Source of the DNA: Octopus vulgaris
Taxonomy: Eukaryota
DNA: 64,000 bases
Assembly (NCBI GenBank): GCA_951406725.2
Contig: OX597818.1
Location: 143,530,001 to 143,594,000, forward strand
Reading direction: 5' to 3'
Under the pieces are notes generated by a model, which saw only the letters and a program-made list of their open reading frames with translations, ran no database searches and had not been told where the DNA came from. Of this stretch, positions 11,171 to 24,786 are shown one piece after another (positions within the stretch are counted from its first letter, which is position 1; each line of letters starts with the position of its first letter). The position numbers were made by a program, and so were the translations under genes.

Positions 11171-13470
11171 CTAGCAGAGATACCCGGTGTTGCTCGGGAT
11201 TAAAATGGAATGGCTTGTATATATATATATGAATATTACAGTTATGTTGAAACAGGTGATACGGGAAGGCGCAGTATTGACATCAAAACATTTGTGGAGT
11301 AAATTTTAAGGCTTTGAGTTTAATACACCAATTTGGACAGAATTATAATTTTTATGAGAATGGGATGGATCATATCTGAAAGCATCCCCAGATGTGAAGA
11401 ACGAATTTGTACGTGGCCTGTTTCTGAGAGCTATTTTATTGGGCCTCTGTATAATCTGATGGGCTAAACGTTGTTTTAATGATTCAGTATTAAGTGCTGC
11501 AACATGCCTTTGCTGATCTTTGGAAAGTCTCATCTTCCTTCTCTCTTGAGACTCCATCAGACATGTTGCATCATGCCTTTGCTGATCTTGGGAAGGCCTT
11601 ATCTCCCTTCTCTCTTGTGACTCTAATTGACATGCTGCAGCATGCCTTTGCTGATCTCGGGAAAGTCTCATCACTCTTCTATCTTGAGGCTCTATTGCAC
11701 TGCGACAAACTATTGCTGATCTTGAGAAAGTCTCCTGTCCCTTATTTCCTGAGACTCTCACCATCGGTTTTCTGCTGAATCGGTGTTTCTGGAGAGATTA
11801 CGTTTTTTCTTTGGTGGAATATTTTTTTTCAATATTGTAAACTAAAACTTATGGACATAGAAAACATATACATTAATCTCTATTTTTGTAAGGAGTTGTA
11901 ACTATGTATGTTGTATGCCTGTATTTTTGTATGCAGTGTAAATTAACCAAATGTAAGCAAATTGTAAATACCTTGCAACCTTGCAACTGCTGCGATAATT
12001 ATGAACTGGTAATTGAACGGTAGACGTGTATTTTTATATATCTTGGGCGTGCACCTATTGGTTTTTGTCAAGAGTTTCACCACCAGCCGTTCTCGTCACA
12101 CACACATATATATATATATGAGTGTGTGTGTAGATGTGTGTGTGTGTTTAATAAAGTGCGCAATGAACGCGCAAAAACATACAGACAAATACACATTCAT
12201 GTACAACATGTGACGATACACACACATACCCTTTCACATACAGTCACATACACATAGTAAGAGAAACACATAGACATAGATTCACGCATGTCAGTCGTCA
12301 AATATGTATATGTATGTGTAGATGTGTATGTAATGTTTAATAAAGTGCCTAACGTGGAAACACACACACAGTCGCAGAGACATACACACTCATATACACC
12401 CCAGATACACACTCATATACAAAATGGGACGTTGTCATCGTCGTGGTATAAAATGACCTTTACTATCTCGTATGTATCGAACGTGCAAAGAGGCACTCAT
12501 ACACACTCATATAAAATGTCTGGTACTATAATTGACTACAGAAAGATTACGTCTATGAAATGTTATATTGTTTTAATGGAAATAAAAGAAAAATTACATA
12601 TTGACAGTCGCGGAGTGCAATACTATATAGTAAGAGAGACATACACAGACATACATTCACGCACGTCAGACGTCACATATGTTTATGTATGTATAGATGT
12701 GTGTGTGTGTGTTGAATAACTCCCTAATGCGGAAACACACACACACACACACACACTGAGATAATCATACACCTTCATACACTCACACACATTCACTGCC
12801 AGACACATACACACTTGTATACGAAATGTGCCGTTGTCGTCGTCGCCGTGGTATAAAATGTCCTGTACTATATTTGACTATAGAAAGATTATTTCTATAA
12901 AATATTATATTGCTATAATCTACACGTGTATGACACTCGTGGGGTGTGATATTATTATCTTGTAAAATTTGATTTAATTTGGTGCAGCTATTTGAGAATG
13001 CATTGGGAACAGACAGACAGACAGAGACAAAAAGATTTATATATATAGATTAACCAAAGTACATGTATGAACTGCTGATTTAACGGTAAATGCCGCAATA
13101 ATAATAGATAAATTTCTTAATATCATATATTAAGCGCGTGTATTAAATGTTAATTCAAGGGTTAATAAACTGTAAATACCTTGCAACGTTTCAACTACTG
13201 CAATAATTATCAACTGGTAATTGAACAGTAAATGTGTATTTTTAAAATACCTTGGACTTGAAACAATATTATAGTCTTATCATATTAGAAAGTGAAACAA
13301 TATTCACTTTTGACACGTAATACCGAACCAGTTTAAAAGATTCCTCTGGGCCCGCATTAAGCAAGAAGTAATGCATGTGTAAAATTTGAATGGAATCGGT
13401 TGGGTAGTTCTCAAGTTTTAGGGATTCACACATACAGACTGGGACACATTCTCAGTTTTTTATATATATA
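11171..13470 (-). mobile_element. Composite Helitron derivative carrying an N-terminal RepHel fragment
   Basis: 3' hairpin cccgagcaacaccggg plus CTAG at 11171; 5'-end-type sequence ending at 13049 and a second near 13470; internal duplications. Confidence 0.7.
11306..11764 (-). pseudogene. Helitron RepHel N-terminal fragment
   Basis: ES.E.R..RL..DQQRH repeats followed by AFRYDP...VQIG, as found just upstream of the zinc finger in animal Helitron RepHel proteins. Confidence 0.65.
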
Positions 13471-13483
13471 TATATTTTAAAAG

Positions 13484-13803
13484 ACTCCGCCGGTTACGAC
13501 GACGAGGGTCCCAGCTGATACGATCAACGGAACAGCTTGCTCGTGAAATTAACGTGCAAATGGCTGAGCATTCCACAGACACGTGTACCCTTAACGTAGT
13601 TCTCGGGGATAATCAGCGTGACACAGAGAGTGACAAGGCTGACCCTTTGAAATACAAGTACAACTCATTTTTGCCAGCTGAGTGGACTGGAGCAACGTGA
13701 AATAAAGTGTCTTGCTCAAGGACACAACGCGTCGCCGGGAATCGAACTCACAACCTTACGATCATGAGCCGAATGCCCTAACCACTAAGCCACGCGCCCT
13801 CAC
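13484..13803 (-). mobile_element. tRNA-derived SINE, family B
   Basis: Minus-strand head ggcgcgtggcttagtggttagg...gagttcgattccc (A and B boxes), then CORE-like gtgtccttgagcaag; copy at 42598-42918. Confidence 0.85.
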
Positions 13804-13820
13804 ATATATATATATATATA

Positions 13821-14231
13821 TCTGCATATATATATAAGGCAAGATGTGTGTGTGTACGTGATTGTAGTTTATGCCCATCCACAAATTAGCACGCATGTCG
13901 CCCAAATTTTAGGAGGACATTCGTCAACTTATTTTTTTTTCCCGAGGCATCCGTGGATAACGGTAAAATTCTATTTTCAACCATAGCTTTTAGCTATAAA
14001 AATATCAGCCATAGCTTTTTGACGGCGTCTAACAAAAAAAGAACAAGATAAAGAAAAGTGGAAGAGGGGCAGAGAGTTTCACGGGAAAGACAAAGTGAGA
14101 GGGAGAGAGAGAGTAAGTGATGACGTTCATAAAAATCTATTTTCAGCCACAGCTTTTTGACGGCGTCTAACAAAAAAAATAAGATAAAGAAAAGTGGAAG
14201 AAGGAGGCAGAGAGTTTCACGGGAAAGACAA

Positions 14232-14267
<36 letters not shown>

Positions 14268-14413
14268 AGTGACAACGTTCATAAAAATCTATTTTCAGCC
14301 ACAGCTTTTTGACGGCGTCGAACAAAAAAAAAGCAAGATAAAGAAGAGTGGAAGAGAAGCAGTTTCACGGCATCTAAACAAAAAAAAGGGAAAGACAAAG
14401 TGAGAGATAGAGA

Positions 14414-14448
<35 letters not shown>

Positions 14449-14819
14449 AGTGACGACGTTCATAAAAAATGAAATGTAAAATGTCTTGTTTTTTTCTTAA
14501 ATACGAGATATAGTGTTCAAATTCAGGATATTTTTGAAAGACACTATATTTTATAATCATAGTATATATACTTTCTCACACAACAATCACAATATATTTA
14601 TTTTAAATCATTTATTTATTTTAAATCGTTCATCTTTCTCCCCCCTCTCTCTCTTACACACGCATTACTTTGGGTGCGAAAGAGTTTTGTTTTTATTTTA
14701 CACCGTGTAAAAAAGTGTTTTGTTCAGAGTCGATATTACTTAGTTTGGTTTGAAATAAAGAACTTGATTAGCTTAATAATCGTAAATTAATCCCGGGCAA
14801 GACCGGGTTATACTGCTAG
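13821..14819 (+). mobile_element. Non-autonomous Helitron with ~150-bp internal tandem repeats
   Basis: 5' TC at 13821, hairpin cccgggcaagaccggg (14792-14807), CTAG|T end; about three internal repeats across 13965-14465. Confidence 0.75.
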
Positions 14820-14973
14820 TATATAATATAATATAATATAATGTAAATAGATAACAAGGATGTACAGGTGTTACTTATTTACATTCTGTTCACCTAACTT
14901 GAAGCTGTGCGAACTATACCGAACTGGCAAGGTGCCTCAGTTTAAGTACCTAATTACGTAATTCAACTGAATC

Positions 14974-15036
<63 letters not shown>

Positions 15037-15640
15037 CAATAATTCGGATAAACAAATAAGATATATTAAATATATTAAATATAACATTCTGGGTGTGAAA
15101 TACAAAATATGTATATATGTATACATGCAAAACGACAGAAAGCAATCGGTGGAGACTTTCAGATGATGGATTTTTAAGTATCGATATATAAATATTTAAA
15201 TTAATAGGTCCAATTTACACAGACTACAATCAGCAGAAAAATTAAAGAGTTGGAAGAAAGATTTTAGTAGGTTCGAAGCTATAGCAAAAGACACTTACCC
15301 AAGGTGCCACGCAGTGGGACTAAACCCAGAACCATGTGGTTGGGAAGCACACCGATGATGATCAGGGCTGTCCACTCTTGACCGAGGACAAAAAGTACAC
15401 TGACCACTGCCCATGCAAAATACCAACAATGCCTGTGCATGAGGTTATTGCACCAGCAATCGGCTGTATTCCTCACACACACACGTGTGCGTGTGTGTGT
15501 GTGTGTGTGTATGTAATGACGTAATGTTGATGTTATAAGGCAGCGGAGAAATGAATGAAGAATGGTAGTTGCTTGGTTATTAATATGGTCATTTATTAAG
15601 TTGATCATTATGTTAGTCGTTACAATAATTAAGATATATG

Positions 15641-16915
15641 TTGGGTTGGCAACTAAGTTCCTGCCGTCTATTAAATTTAAATTTTTTAAAAGGTTTAATA
15701 AAAAAAATAACAACTAATTAATCAATAATGTATTCACCTTTGTTGTTTATAACTTCTTCCCAACGTTCAACAAGATTTTCAATACCTCGTTGGTAGAAAT
15801 CACCTGATTTCGACTCGAAAAATTGATCCAACCAAGCTCTCAATTCTGCATCAGTATTGAATGAAATTCCGCGTATAGCATTTGAAAGAGATCGAAAAAG
15901 GTGGAAATCCGTTGGTGCCACATCAGGAGAGTATGGCGGGTGTGGCAGCACTTCTCAGCCATACATTTGAATGGCTTCCTTGGTCATATTGTCGATATGA
16001 GGGCGGGCGTTGTCGTGCAGCAGAACTCCGTGCTGCCGATTGGGTCTTTTCTCTTGAATAGCCGTGTTGAGTCGTTACGCTTAGAGTTCCGCGTTGACCG
16101 TTTGATTCCGTTCAAGCAATTCGTAATGGATAATCCCTTCCTAGTCCCACCATACGCACAACATCGTTTTACGCGGATGAAGATCTTGTTTCACGCGCGG
16201 TGTCGCTTGTTTACCGGGGCTAAGCCATTCCTTACGCTGCTTCATATTGATGTACAGGCACCATTTTTCGACGCGAGTAACGATTCGGTAAAGAAATCGT
16301 TGCTTGTGTCCATGAGTTGAGCGGTGACGAGCAAGCAAACCAGCGGAGATTGTGGCTCGTTGATTTTTGTTTTTGTCACTTAAAGCATGCAGATCCCATG
16401 CTCCATACTTCTGAACCTTTCCCATCGAGTGAAGATGCTTCTCTATAGCAGTGTGGGAGCATTCCATTTTCTTTGCCAGTTCCCTTATCAAGAATTTTGA
16501 CGAGAATTTTCGTGCAAAAGTTGGTTTGATCGCTCTTCATCGAATTCAACTGGACGGCCAGAACGAGGTGCGTCTTTGAGGTCAAAATTTCCATTTTTGA
16601 ACTTGGCATACCAATCACGAGCGGTTCTTTTAGCTATGGCACCATCTCCATACACTGCACAAATGTCACGAGCCTTAGAACCGTGATTAAAAGCAAAAAG
16701 AAGGTGTCGAAAATGCTCGTTTTTCTTAACTTGACATTGCATTTTAATGATCTGAAAATAAACAAAAATTAACTAAAATTATCTAGAAAAAAATAAATTA
16801 AATAGATTCCAAAATTATTCAAAAATAGAATTCTCGAAAAAAATAGATTTCAAAATTTAAAAACGTAATAAATTCCAAAATTTAAAAAGCTGCGGGAACT
16901 TAGTTGCCAACCCAA
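15641..16915 (-). mobile_element. Full-length but frameshifted mariner transposon (mellifera-like ITRs)
   Basis: ITRs ttgggttggcaactaagttcc / ggaacttagttgccaacccaa; transposase fragments with RSGRP, WDLHAL, IVTRVEKW, HDNARPH and HPPYSPDVAPTDFHLF. Confidence 0.95.
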
Positions 16916-17706
16916 CACAAATTTGTCGAACTGCTTGTGTGTACTCAGTTTGCTGTAGATCTGAAGTCTGTTTTGTATAATATTTAGTAGTTTCATCTCT
17001 GTGACTTCTAGGGAGAAAGACAATAAAATGAATGTATGCAGATAGGCTAACAAGCTAGTGTGAAAAGCAAAATATACAGTTTGAAAGAAGTATCTAAAAC
17101 TAGTTTTTAAACAGAATGGCTATTGGTGTCTACTAGAGTTCCATAGTTAAAAAATACTTGTGAACCACTGTTCTAGATGGACTAAGAGTAGATTTATCAT
17201 CAGCTCAGTATGCTTTCTTTTTCACTCAACTTTATAACGTTAGACATCTTAATGTTATAAAGCTGGACAACAAACGTCAGTTAGTGTGCATAACTTCTTT
17301 TCACTGTCTTACATCATTATAGTTGGTCTGTTGTTCTTGCATGTTGTTGAAGTCTGGACAAGGACAGTTCACCAGTATTACGTGTGGTTAGGCCCTTCAC
17401 ATAATTGTAGAATCTAATATTTGTTTCCACAAGATTATTTTTTTCTGAGGATCTCATTATATAATATTCTAACCACGTCAGCATGTCTCTTAGTAGGTAA
17501 TATCGTGATGACATTTTCGAATAGCTGATAGTCAAATGTGAATTCTACAGAGCCTACATCTCCTGTTAGACTTGTTAACCAATCGCTTAACCAACGAATC
17601 AAACAGTTTTCCTGTGTCTTTGCTGGCATGAATTATCTTATCCTCACTACATGCGATTTGTGTGGAATGTTCTCATGCCCCAGAGTTCTGATAGTTCACT
17701 CCGACA

Positions 17707-18489
17707 CTTGCGGTTCTTTGGCGATGGCACTCATTGAATCGCAGCATTCTTGTAGTATCCGAAAGCCTTGCGGTTCTTTGGCGATGGCACTCATTGAATC
17801 GCAGCATTCTTGTAGTATCCGAAAGCCTTGCGGTTCTTTGGCGATGGCACTCATTGAATCGCAGCATTCTTGTAGTATCCGAAAGCCTTGCGGTTCTTTG
17901 GCGATGGCACTCATTGAATCGCAGCATTCTTGTAGTATCCGAAAGCCTTGAGGTTCTTTGGCGATGGCACTCATTGAATCGCAGCATTCTTGTAGTATCC
18001 GAAAGCCTTGAGGTTCTTTGGCGATGGCACTCATTGAATCGCAGCATTCTTGTAGTATCCGAAAGCCTTGCGGTTCTTTGGCGATGGCACTCATTGAATC
18101 GCAGCATTCTTGTAGTATCCGAAAGCCTTGCGGTTCTTTGGCAATGGCACTCATTGAATCGCAGCATTCTTGTAGTATCCGAAAGCCTTGCGGTTCTTTG
18201 GCGATGGCACTCATTGAATCGCAGCATTCTTGTAGTATCCGAAAGCCTTGAGGTTCTTTGGCGATGGCACTCATTGAATCGCAGCATTCTTGTAGTATCC
18301 GAAAGCCTTGCGGTTCTTTGGCGATGGCACTCATTGAATCGCAGCATTCTTGTAGTATCCGAAAGCCTTGCGGTTCTTTGGCGATGGCACTCATTGAATC
18401 GCAGCATTCTTGTAGTATCCGAAAACCTTGAGGTTCTTTGGCGATGGCACTCATTGAATCGCAGCATTCTTGTAGTATCCGAAAACCTT
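17707..18489. repeat. 60-bp minisatellite, 13 copies
   Basis: Unit cttgcggttctttggcgatggcactcattgaatcgcagcattcttgtagtatccgaaagc with only three variable positions. Confidence 0.98.
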
Positions 18490-18574
18490 ATTTGAAACAT
18501 TGCAGCCTGAGGCTTCCAATTCCAGATTTGCATCATTTAGAAAGTTGATAATTTCTAAGTCACTGTGTTTCGTA

Positions 18575-19230
18575 CATATAGCAATAATGACATATAGCAA
18601 TAATGACATATAGCAATAATGACATATAGCAATAATGACATATAGCAATAATGACATATAGCAATAATGACATATAGCAATAATGACATATAGCAATAAT
18701 GACATATAGCAATAATGACATATAGCAATAATGACATATAGCAATAATGACATATAGCAATAATGACATATAGCAATAATGACATATAGCAATAATGACA
18801 TATAGCAATAATGACATATAGCAATAATGACATATAGCAATAATGACATATAGCAATAATGACATATAGCAATAATGACATATAGCAATAATGACATATA
18901 GCAATAATGACATATAGCAATAATGACATATAGCAATAATGACATATAGCAATAATGACATATAGCAATAATGACATATAGCAATAATGACATATAGCAA
19001 TAATGACATATAGCAATAATGACATATAGCAATAATGACATATAGCAATAATGACATATAGCAATAATGACATATAGCAATAATGACATATAGCAATAAT
19101 GACATATAGCAATAATGACATATAGCAATAATGACATATAGCAATAATGACATATAGCAATAATGACATATAGCAATAATGACATATAGCAATAATGACA
19201 TATAGCAATAATGACATATAGCAATAATGA
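18575..19230. repeat. 16-bp minisatellite, 41 perfect copies
   Basis: (catatagcaataatga)41. Confidence 0.98.
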
Positions 19231-19402
19231 CTGCATATCTTCCCACTTCTTGTTTTTGCATTTTATCTGCTTCGGAGAATCTGAAAGAAATGAAAACCTT
19301 TCAATTGGATTGAAAAGAGTAATATACTCATAATTAAGTGTCCTAAAATACCTCTAGAACCCTGTATATGTACGTATATGCATGTATACATCCATGTTTG
19401 CG

Positions 19403-19461
<59 letters not shown>

Positions 19462-19760
19462 TTGAGAGAGAGAGAGCGAGAGAGCGAGAGAGAGAGAGAG
19501 AGAGAGAGAAGATGAAAAAACACAGAAGATTTGTTTTACAGGATTTAAGAGTATATTAGAACCATGATAATAAAGATATTATACAATTTTGTACAAAATA
19601 AGGTTTTGTTCTTTCAACATAATTGAAGCAAGGACCGATTTCACATTGCTCATCAAACTGAGAGTTAAAAGAGATAAATTGCTAGGGGTAAAAAATATTG
19701 ATAGGAGAGATAATTGTTCACTCATTTATTTTGCACTAAAGAGAGGTAAATCTATAATTT

Positions 19761-19795
<35 letters not shown>

Positions 19796-20574
19796 TTCAT
19801 TTATTGTGTTCCCTGCTTTATTCTGCCTTACATTCTGCACGCACATTTATCCTCATACATTAAAATCCAACTTAAGAATTTTAATGTCTCATATTCACTT
19901 GATGTTTACGATTAATTAATTTCTTCTTATAAATTCATTTATTCGACAAATAACTAAATAAAACCCCTACAGAAGAGGAACATCAACCACGTCGAATGCG
20001 TTAATCTTGGTAAGTCTGTGAAGGCCGTTTCCCACCAGATGAAATCATAACGGAAAAAAATGAGTTTGTTATAATACTGGATATGAGTTTCCCTGAATTT
20101 CTGGATTTATCTTTTTCATATATTTGTCAAGGTTTATATACCTACGGACTAAGTCATTTGGTATCGACTAATTGAATTGGTGTTGTATTCTGCGCTGTGC
20201 TTATGGCCGAAATATTTAACTCTTTGCAGCTCAGTACATGTAGATATTTATTCCTATTTATCGGAATGGAGAAAATCCGTGATTGTCCTTCTATTATAAT
20301 TCATTTCCTTCTAAAATGCATTACAAGAATATTGACTCAACTTCAGTATTTCATTGATATTCTATTCTATCAACCACGAAAATGTAGACGGCCAAATTGT
20401 TCCTGACAGAATTTGAACTCAAGAACCCCAAGGGACGTAACTAAATATTTTATCCGGGATTTATCTGAATTATTTAAAGAAAGGAAAGTATGTTTTGAGG
20501 GAAGAAGCGATTGATCTGCTGTATCATAACTTTCATGGGGGTGTTGAGCCAATTGCATTTATGCAGGTAAATAA

Positions 20575-21005
20575 TGTCATCGTTGTCGGTGGCGGCAATC
20601 GTAATCCATCGGGGTCGAGAATGGCAGCTTTTATGGACCCGTATGTAACTATGTAGGCTAATGCGGGCTGCAGAATCGGTTATTTATTGAGGCGCTATGT
20701 TTGTTGCTTAGCACTGCATTTTACGCTCACATTTTACAATCAGATGCTTGTTTCGTGCCGAGGCGATGTTTTGGGCTTCATCATGGCTGATGCTTTCCAC
20801 TTATGCCGTTCATTCGCCAACGATCCCCATCCCCATTCGTATAATATTCATGCCACATGTTTTCGCATTTCAATTTTCTTTAAGTACAAATACGTTTTTG
20901 AGCCGCTTTCTTTGTCCGACTTACTTGGGTTTCCTTCATTCAGTTGCGACTAAGATAGTTGTTAGAAAAATCCATGGCTTAATATTCGCAACACACATTG
21001 ATTCA
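20575..21005 (-). mobile_element. RTE-clade LINE 3' fragment
   Basis: GQRKRLKN, WGSLANERHKWK and ARISLHSYIRVH remnants of the RTE C-terminus and zinc finger. Confidence 0.55.
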
Positions 21006-21049
21006 TTCACTCTCCCCACCCCTTTCTCTCTGTCTGCCCTCCCCTCTCC

Positions 21050-21392
21050 CAACACTGCAACCTCCTTGACTGCAAGCCTCTTGATTATTATGTGTGGGAC
21101 GCAGTTGAGCGAGAGACCAACAAAACTCCTTGTAACAATCCTTGAACTGAAGGCAAGGATTATGGCAGCATTTACCAACTTAAACAAGGAGACCGTCCAG
21201 AAGAGTTGCAGGAGATTCCGAAATCGTCTGCAGGCCGTGGTTGAAGCTAATGGCGATTTTATTGAATAAATTTACTCTATATTTTTCAAGATATTTTAAT
21301 GAAATTTTAGTAAATATAGCTGTTAAAAATGAGATGTCAGTGTTATTTCCATTTTTACGTAATTTACACGGCAATTCATTCACTGCACCTTG
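21050..21392 (+). mobile_element. Tc1/mariner (DD37D/maT-like) 3' fragment with right TIR
   Basis: DYYVWDAVERETNK...ELKARIMAAF...[20 protein letters not shown]; ends in cactgcaccttg followed by TA. Confidence 0.8.
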
Positions 21393-21393
21393 T

Positions 21394-21450
<57 letters not shown>

Positions 21451-21452
21451 TG

Positions 21453-21534
<82 letters not shown>

Positions 21535-21592
21535 TGTATGTATACATATAATATAATATAATATAAAAAAATAATATATATATATATGCACG

Positions 21593-22092
21593 CATGCACA
21601 CACACAGCACCATGACAAATGCCAATCACGCACACACACACACACACATAACACCAAGACAATCACACACACGGTTGACAAACGGCACACATATACACAC
21701 ACCATGCTACCAAATTTTAAAAAAAACACATCTATTTACACCACAATGGACCCTAGGAACAATCAAAAACAGCCCCCCACACACACATGTATACATATAT
21801 ACACACAAAGACACACACACTCACACCATTCTGACCTCCATACAGACACACATATACACACACATGCACACACACAGCACCATGACAAATGCCAATCACG
21901 CAAATACACACACATACACACACACACACATATACACACAACACCAAGACAATCACACACACGGTTGACAAACGGACACACATACACACACACCGTCCTA
22001 TCAAATTTTACAAACACACAGACATATCTATTCACACCACATATGTATATACACACACACAAAGACACACACACTCGCACCATTCTGACCTC
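21593..22092. repeat. ~270-bp CA-rich direct duplication
   Basis: cagcaccatgacaaatgccaatcacg...cattctgacctc occurs twice. Confidence 0.85.
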
Positions 22093-22189
22093 TAAAGACC
22101 AATCCCCCAAATCATTGATGCGTGAAGGAGAGACAAAAAGAAGAAATCGTTTTCAGTTCCACATTACTCTTCCTTCACCCCCCCAAACA

Positions 22190-22433
22190 CACCTACAGTG
22201 TCTCTTGAAATAGAAAATAGTCTTTTACGATAACATGGTGGACAGGTCAGTTTGAGCTTCCCTACTACTATAATGTAAACTTTTTTGAACTCATAATATT
22301 CTGTGCGTGTATACCAATATTCCACTGAACTTTTTAATAATTCCTTCTGGAAACTATCTTTAACATTTTCTTGAGAATGTATATTTATGTTGTAATCTTT
22401 TGTGCCCAATATTTTAATGAACTTGTTAAACAT
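22190..22433 (-). mobile_element. Possible hAT transposase C-terminal (dimerisation) relic
   Basis: EYWYTRTEYYEFKK...KLTCPPCYRKRLFS resembles the FW...EYP.L...P.TY.CE..FS pattern; weak. Confidence 0.3.
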
Positions 22434-22900
22434 TTTTATGTCTTTAACATGTTCTTGTTACCAAAGACTGTATATATGTTTTGTGGCATTTTGTTACTTT
22501 TGACAATCTTTTTCTAGAGAGTGAAACCGGTAAAGTAAATAAACATATTTTAAAATTGCATTTTCAAACGTTCTTTCGTATATATATATATATATATATG
22601 CATAGATACACACATATATGTACATGCCTACATGTATATGTATATGTACGTACATAATGCGAAAACTAATTTCTGTGTGTCAGTGTGTCACCCGTAGACC
22701 CCTTATCTCACTATTCAATGACACTCCTACTATTTCTCATGATGGGGTGAGAGTAATAGTAGTCATAGAGACGGTGGGGATGGTGACCAAGACAGTGAGA
22801 CAGAGAGAGAAAGAGAGGAAGAGAAATAGAGACAAAGAAATTTACAGAGATTTGATGATGTTTTGTTAAAAGTAGTGATGTTGATGGCGGTAGTGGGAGT

Positions 22901-22955
<55 letters not shown>

Positions 22956-23639
22956 GGGAGAGAGAGAAAGAGTGGGTGAGAGAAAGAGGGAGATAATATA
23001 CAATGAATATTCGCAACGTCAGTGTATGTTTCATTCACTTTTTCCTATATCAGAGGCGACGAATTCTCTCCGATCTTCGCAGCGAGTAGACGCAATTGAC
23101 AAGGTCCCCAAAGCTGAAATATATCTGGCCTTCTCTCTGGCCACTGCTGAGACGAATTTTCGTTCCCCTCTGATATCTATTCTGCTTTTAATACATCACG
23201 TTCATAAGTGATGTTGTCTCTAGAACTAATGTTAGACTAAGTGGGCTATCGACAATGTGTATACATTAGACATGATATGTATATGGCTATTTTAGTTATG
23301 TACAAACTGAAGGTAAAATCTGGAGCGGATAGAAAGGAAATAAACAAAATAATCATATATTGCTCTGCCGACAGATTGCTTTAAAAGCTGTTTCCGCAAA
23401 CAAAATTCTACTTACTCAAAAATGAGAAAAAGGATATCTCAGATTTATCCAGCTGTGCATGGTAGTTGACAGAACGGTATCTTGAAAATTTCGATATCAA
23501 TCATCGAACATGGTATACTTACATAAATGTGGCAAAGCTGTCACCTAGCAACAGCAGAGAAATACTGCATTATAACAAACCAAATAACATCATAACATTT
23601 GTAAACAATATCATCGTGACTACATGTAAGTCGACAACA

Positions 23640-24200
23640 ACAGAGTAAACGTAGGCAAAGAGGGAATTTCAGACATCTGCTGCTCTGAAGAGGCAAGCTA
23701 GAGCAAGTGGTTTTAAGCAGGAAATGATGAGTAGAATATAGGATTAACGAGGGCAGTAGAGACGAGTGTGTCAAGAGTATGGAATTAATATGCCTAGACA
23801 GTTCAGAGGAACAGAATCCATGATAGCAGAGGTAGAATAGATAGAGAGGCGGGGATGACAATACATTAGCATATTGTAGATCAGATGCTGGTGTGTGTAT
23901 GTTAGTCAGTTGGGTTGCCCTATTTTGGGTGCAATATGGAATGTACACGTAGTAGCATTTCTGTAGTACACCTGAAACCAGCACATCATAGTATATCCTA
24001 GCCAAGTTCTTAATGAGGCAGCAACTGCCGTAAGTAGTTACTGCAAAATGGTGTACACAACGACAACCTTGTGGGATTGAGGAATATTTCTTTACGGTGC
24101 ACATAATTCCGCCATATGAAGAGAAACCAATTCTTCCATTTGAAATGCTTTGTATGTTAGATAATACTCATTCTTCAAATATAATGCTACACCATCCGAA
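23640..24200 (-). mobile_element. Jockey/CR1-group LINE C-terminal relic
   Basis: LYLFYLCYHGFCSSELS resembles the L.LFY.YY.G.CS.EL motif of these RT C-termini. Confidence 0.45.
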
Positions 24201-24265
24201 CTTCAGCACCCCCCCAATGGAACCTTAGGATGCAAAATGCATTAGCTTCCTTTAGTTTTTAACGG

Positions 24266-24306
<41 letters not shown>

Positions 24307-24311
24307 CTGTG

Positions 24312-24357
<46 letters not shown>

Positions 24358-24399
24358 CACACAGATTATATATATATATATATATATATACATACCTAC

Positions 24400-24435
<36 letters not shown>

Positions 24436-24591
24436 CCTACATTATATATGTATATATATATGTATGTATATTTATGTATGCATGTACGTAAGAACATATG
24501 TTATATACATATACGTACGCACACTCACACATACATATACACATAAGTATGTATATATACATAAATGTATATTTATTCGCATGCAAGCACA

Positions 24592-24625
<34 letters not shown>

Positions 24626-24711
24626 TGCCTGTATATGTTTGCGCGCACTCACAAATTTTGCGTCTGTGGATGCGCATATAAATGTATATGACTAGCAGCA
24701 GCAGCAGCAGT

Positions 24712-24786
24712 AGAAGAAGAAGAAGAAGAAGAAGAAGAAGAAGAAGAAGAAGAAGAAGAAGAAGAAGAAGAAGAAGAAGAAGAAGA
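24712..24786. repeat. (GAA)n microsatellite
   Basis: Direct reading. Confidence 0.97.

Larger units (their letters stand above)
17300..19330 (-). mobile_element. Degraded R4/Dong-type LINE fragment hosting two minisatellites
   Basis: RRCRLCRIH and SKMSSRYY match CWLCHV...CTKMSSRYY of the 25985-27545 element; flanks beyond the arrays match only weakly. Confidence 0.55.

Noticed and set aside
13730-13803. tRNA gene (also at 2301 and 56896)
   Set aside because: The tRNA-like heads run into SINE bodies and lack a proper acceptor stem and terminator
17707-18489. CRISPR-like regular array
   Set aside because: Units are contiguous and near-identical with no unique spacers; no cas genes; eukaryotic context
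18451-19261. Cys/His-rich hydrophobic repeat ORFs in three frames
   Set aside because: Artefact of the stop-free minus strand of the 16-bp array
23060-23200. Possible pogo/Tigger HTH remnant on the minus strand
   Set aside because: Similarity too weak to call by eye
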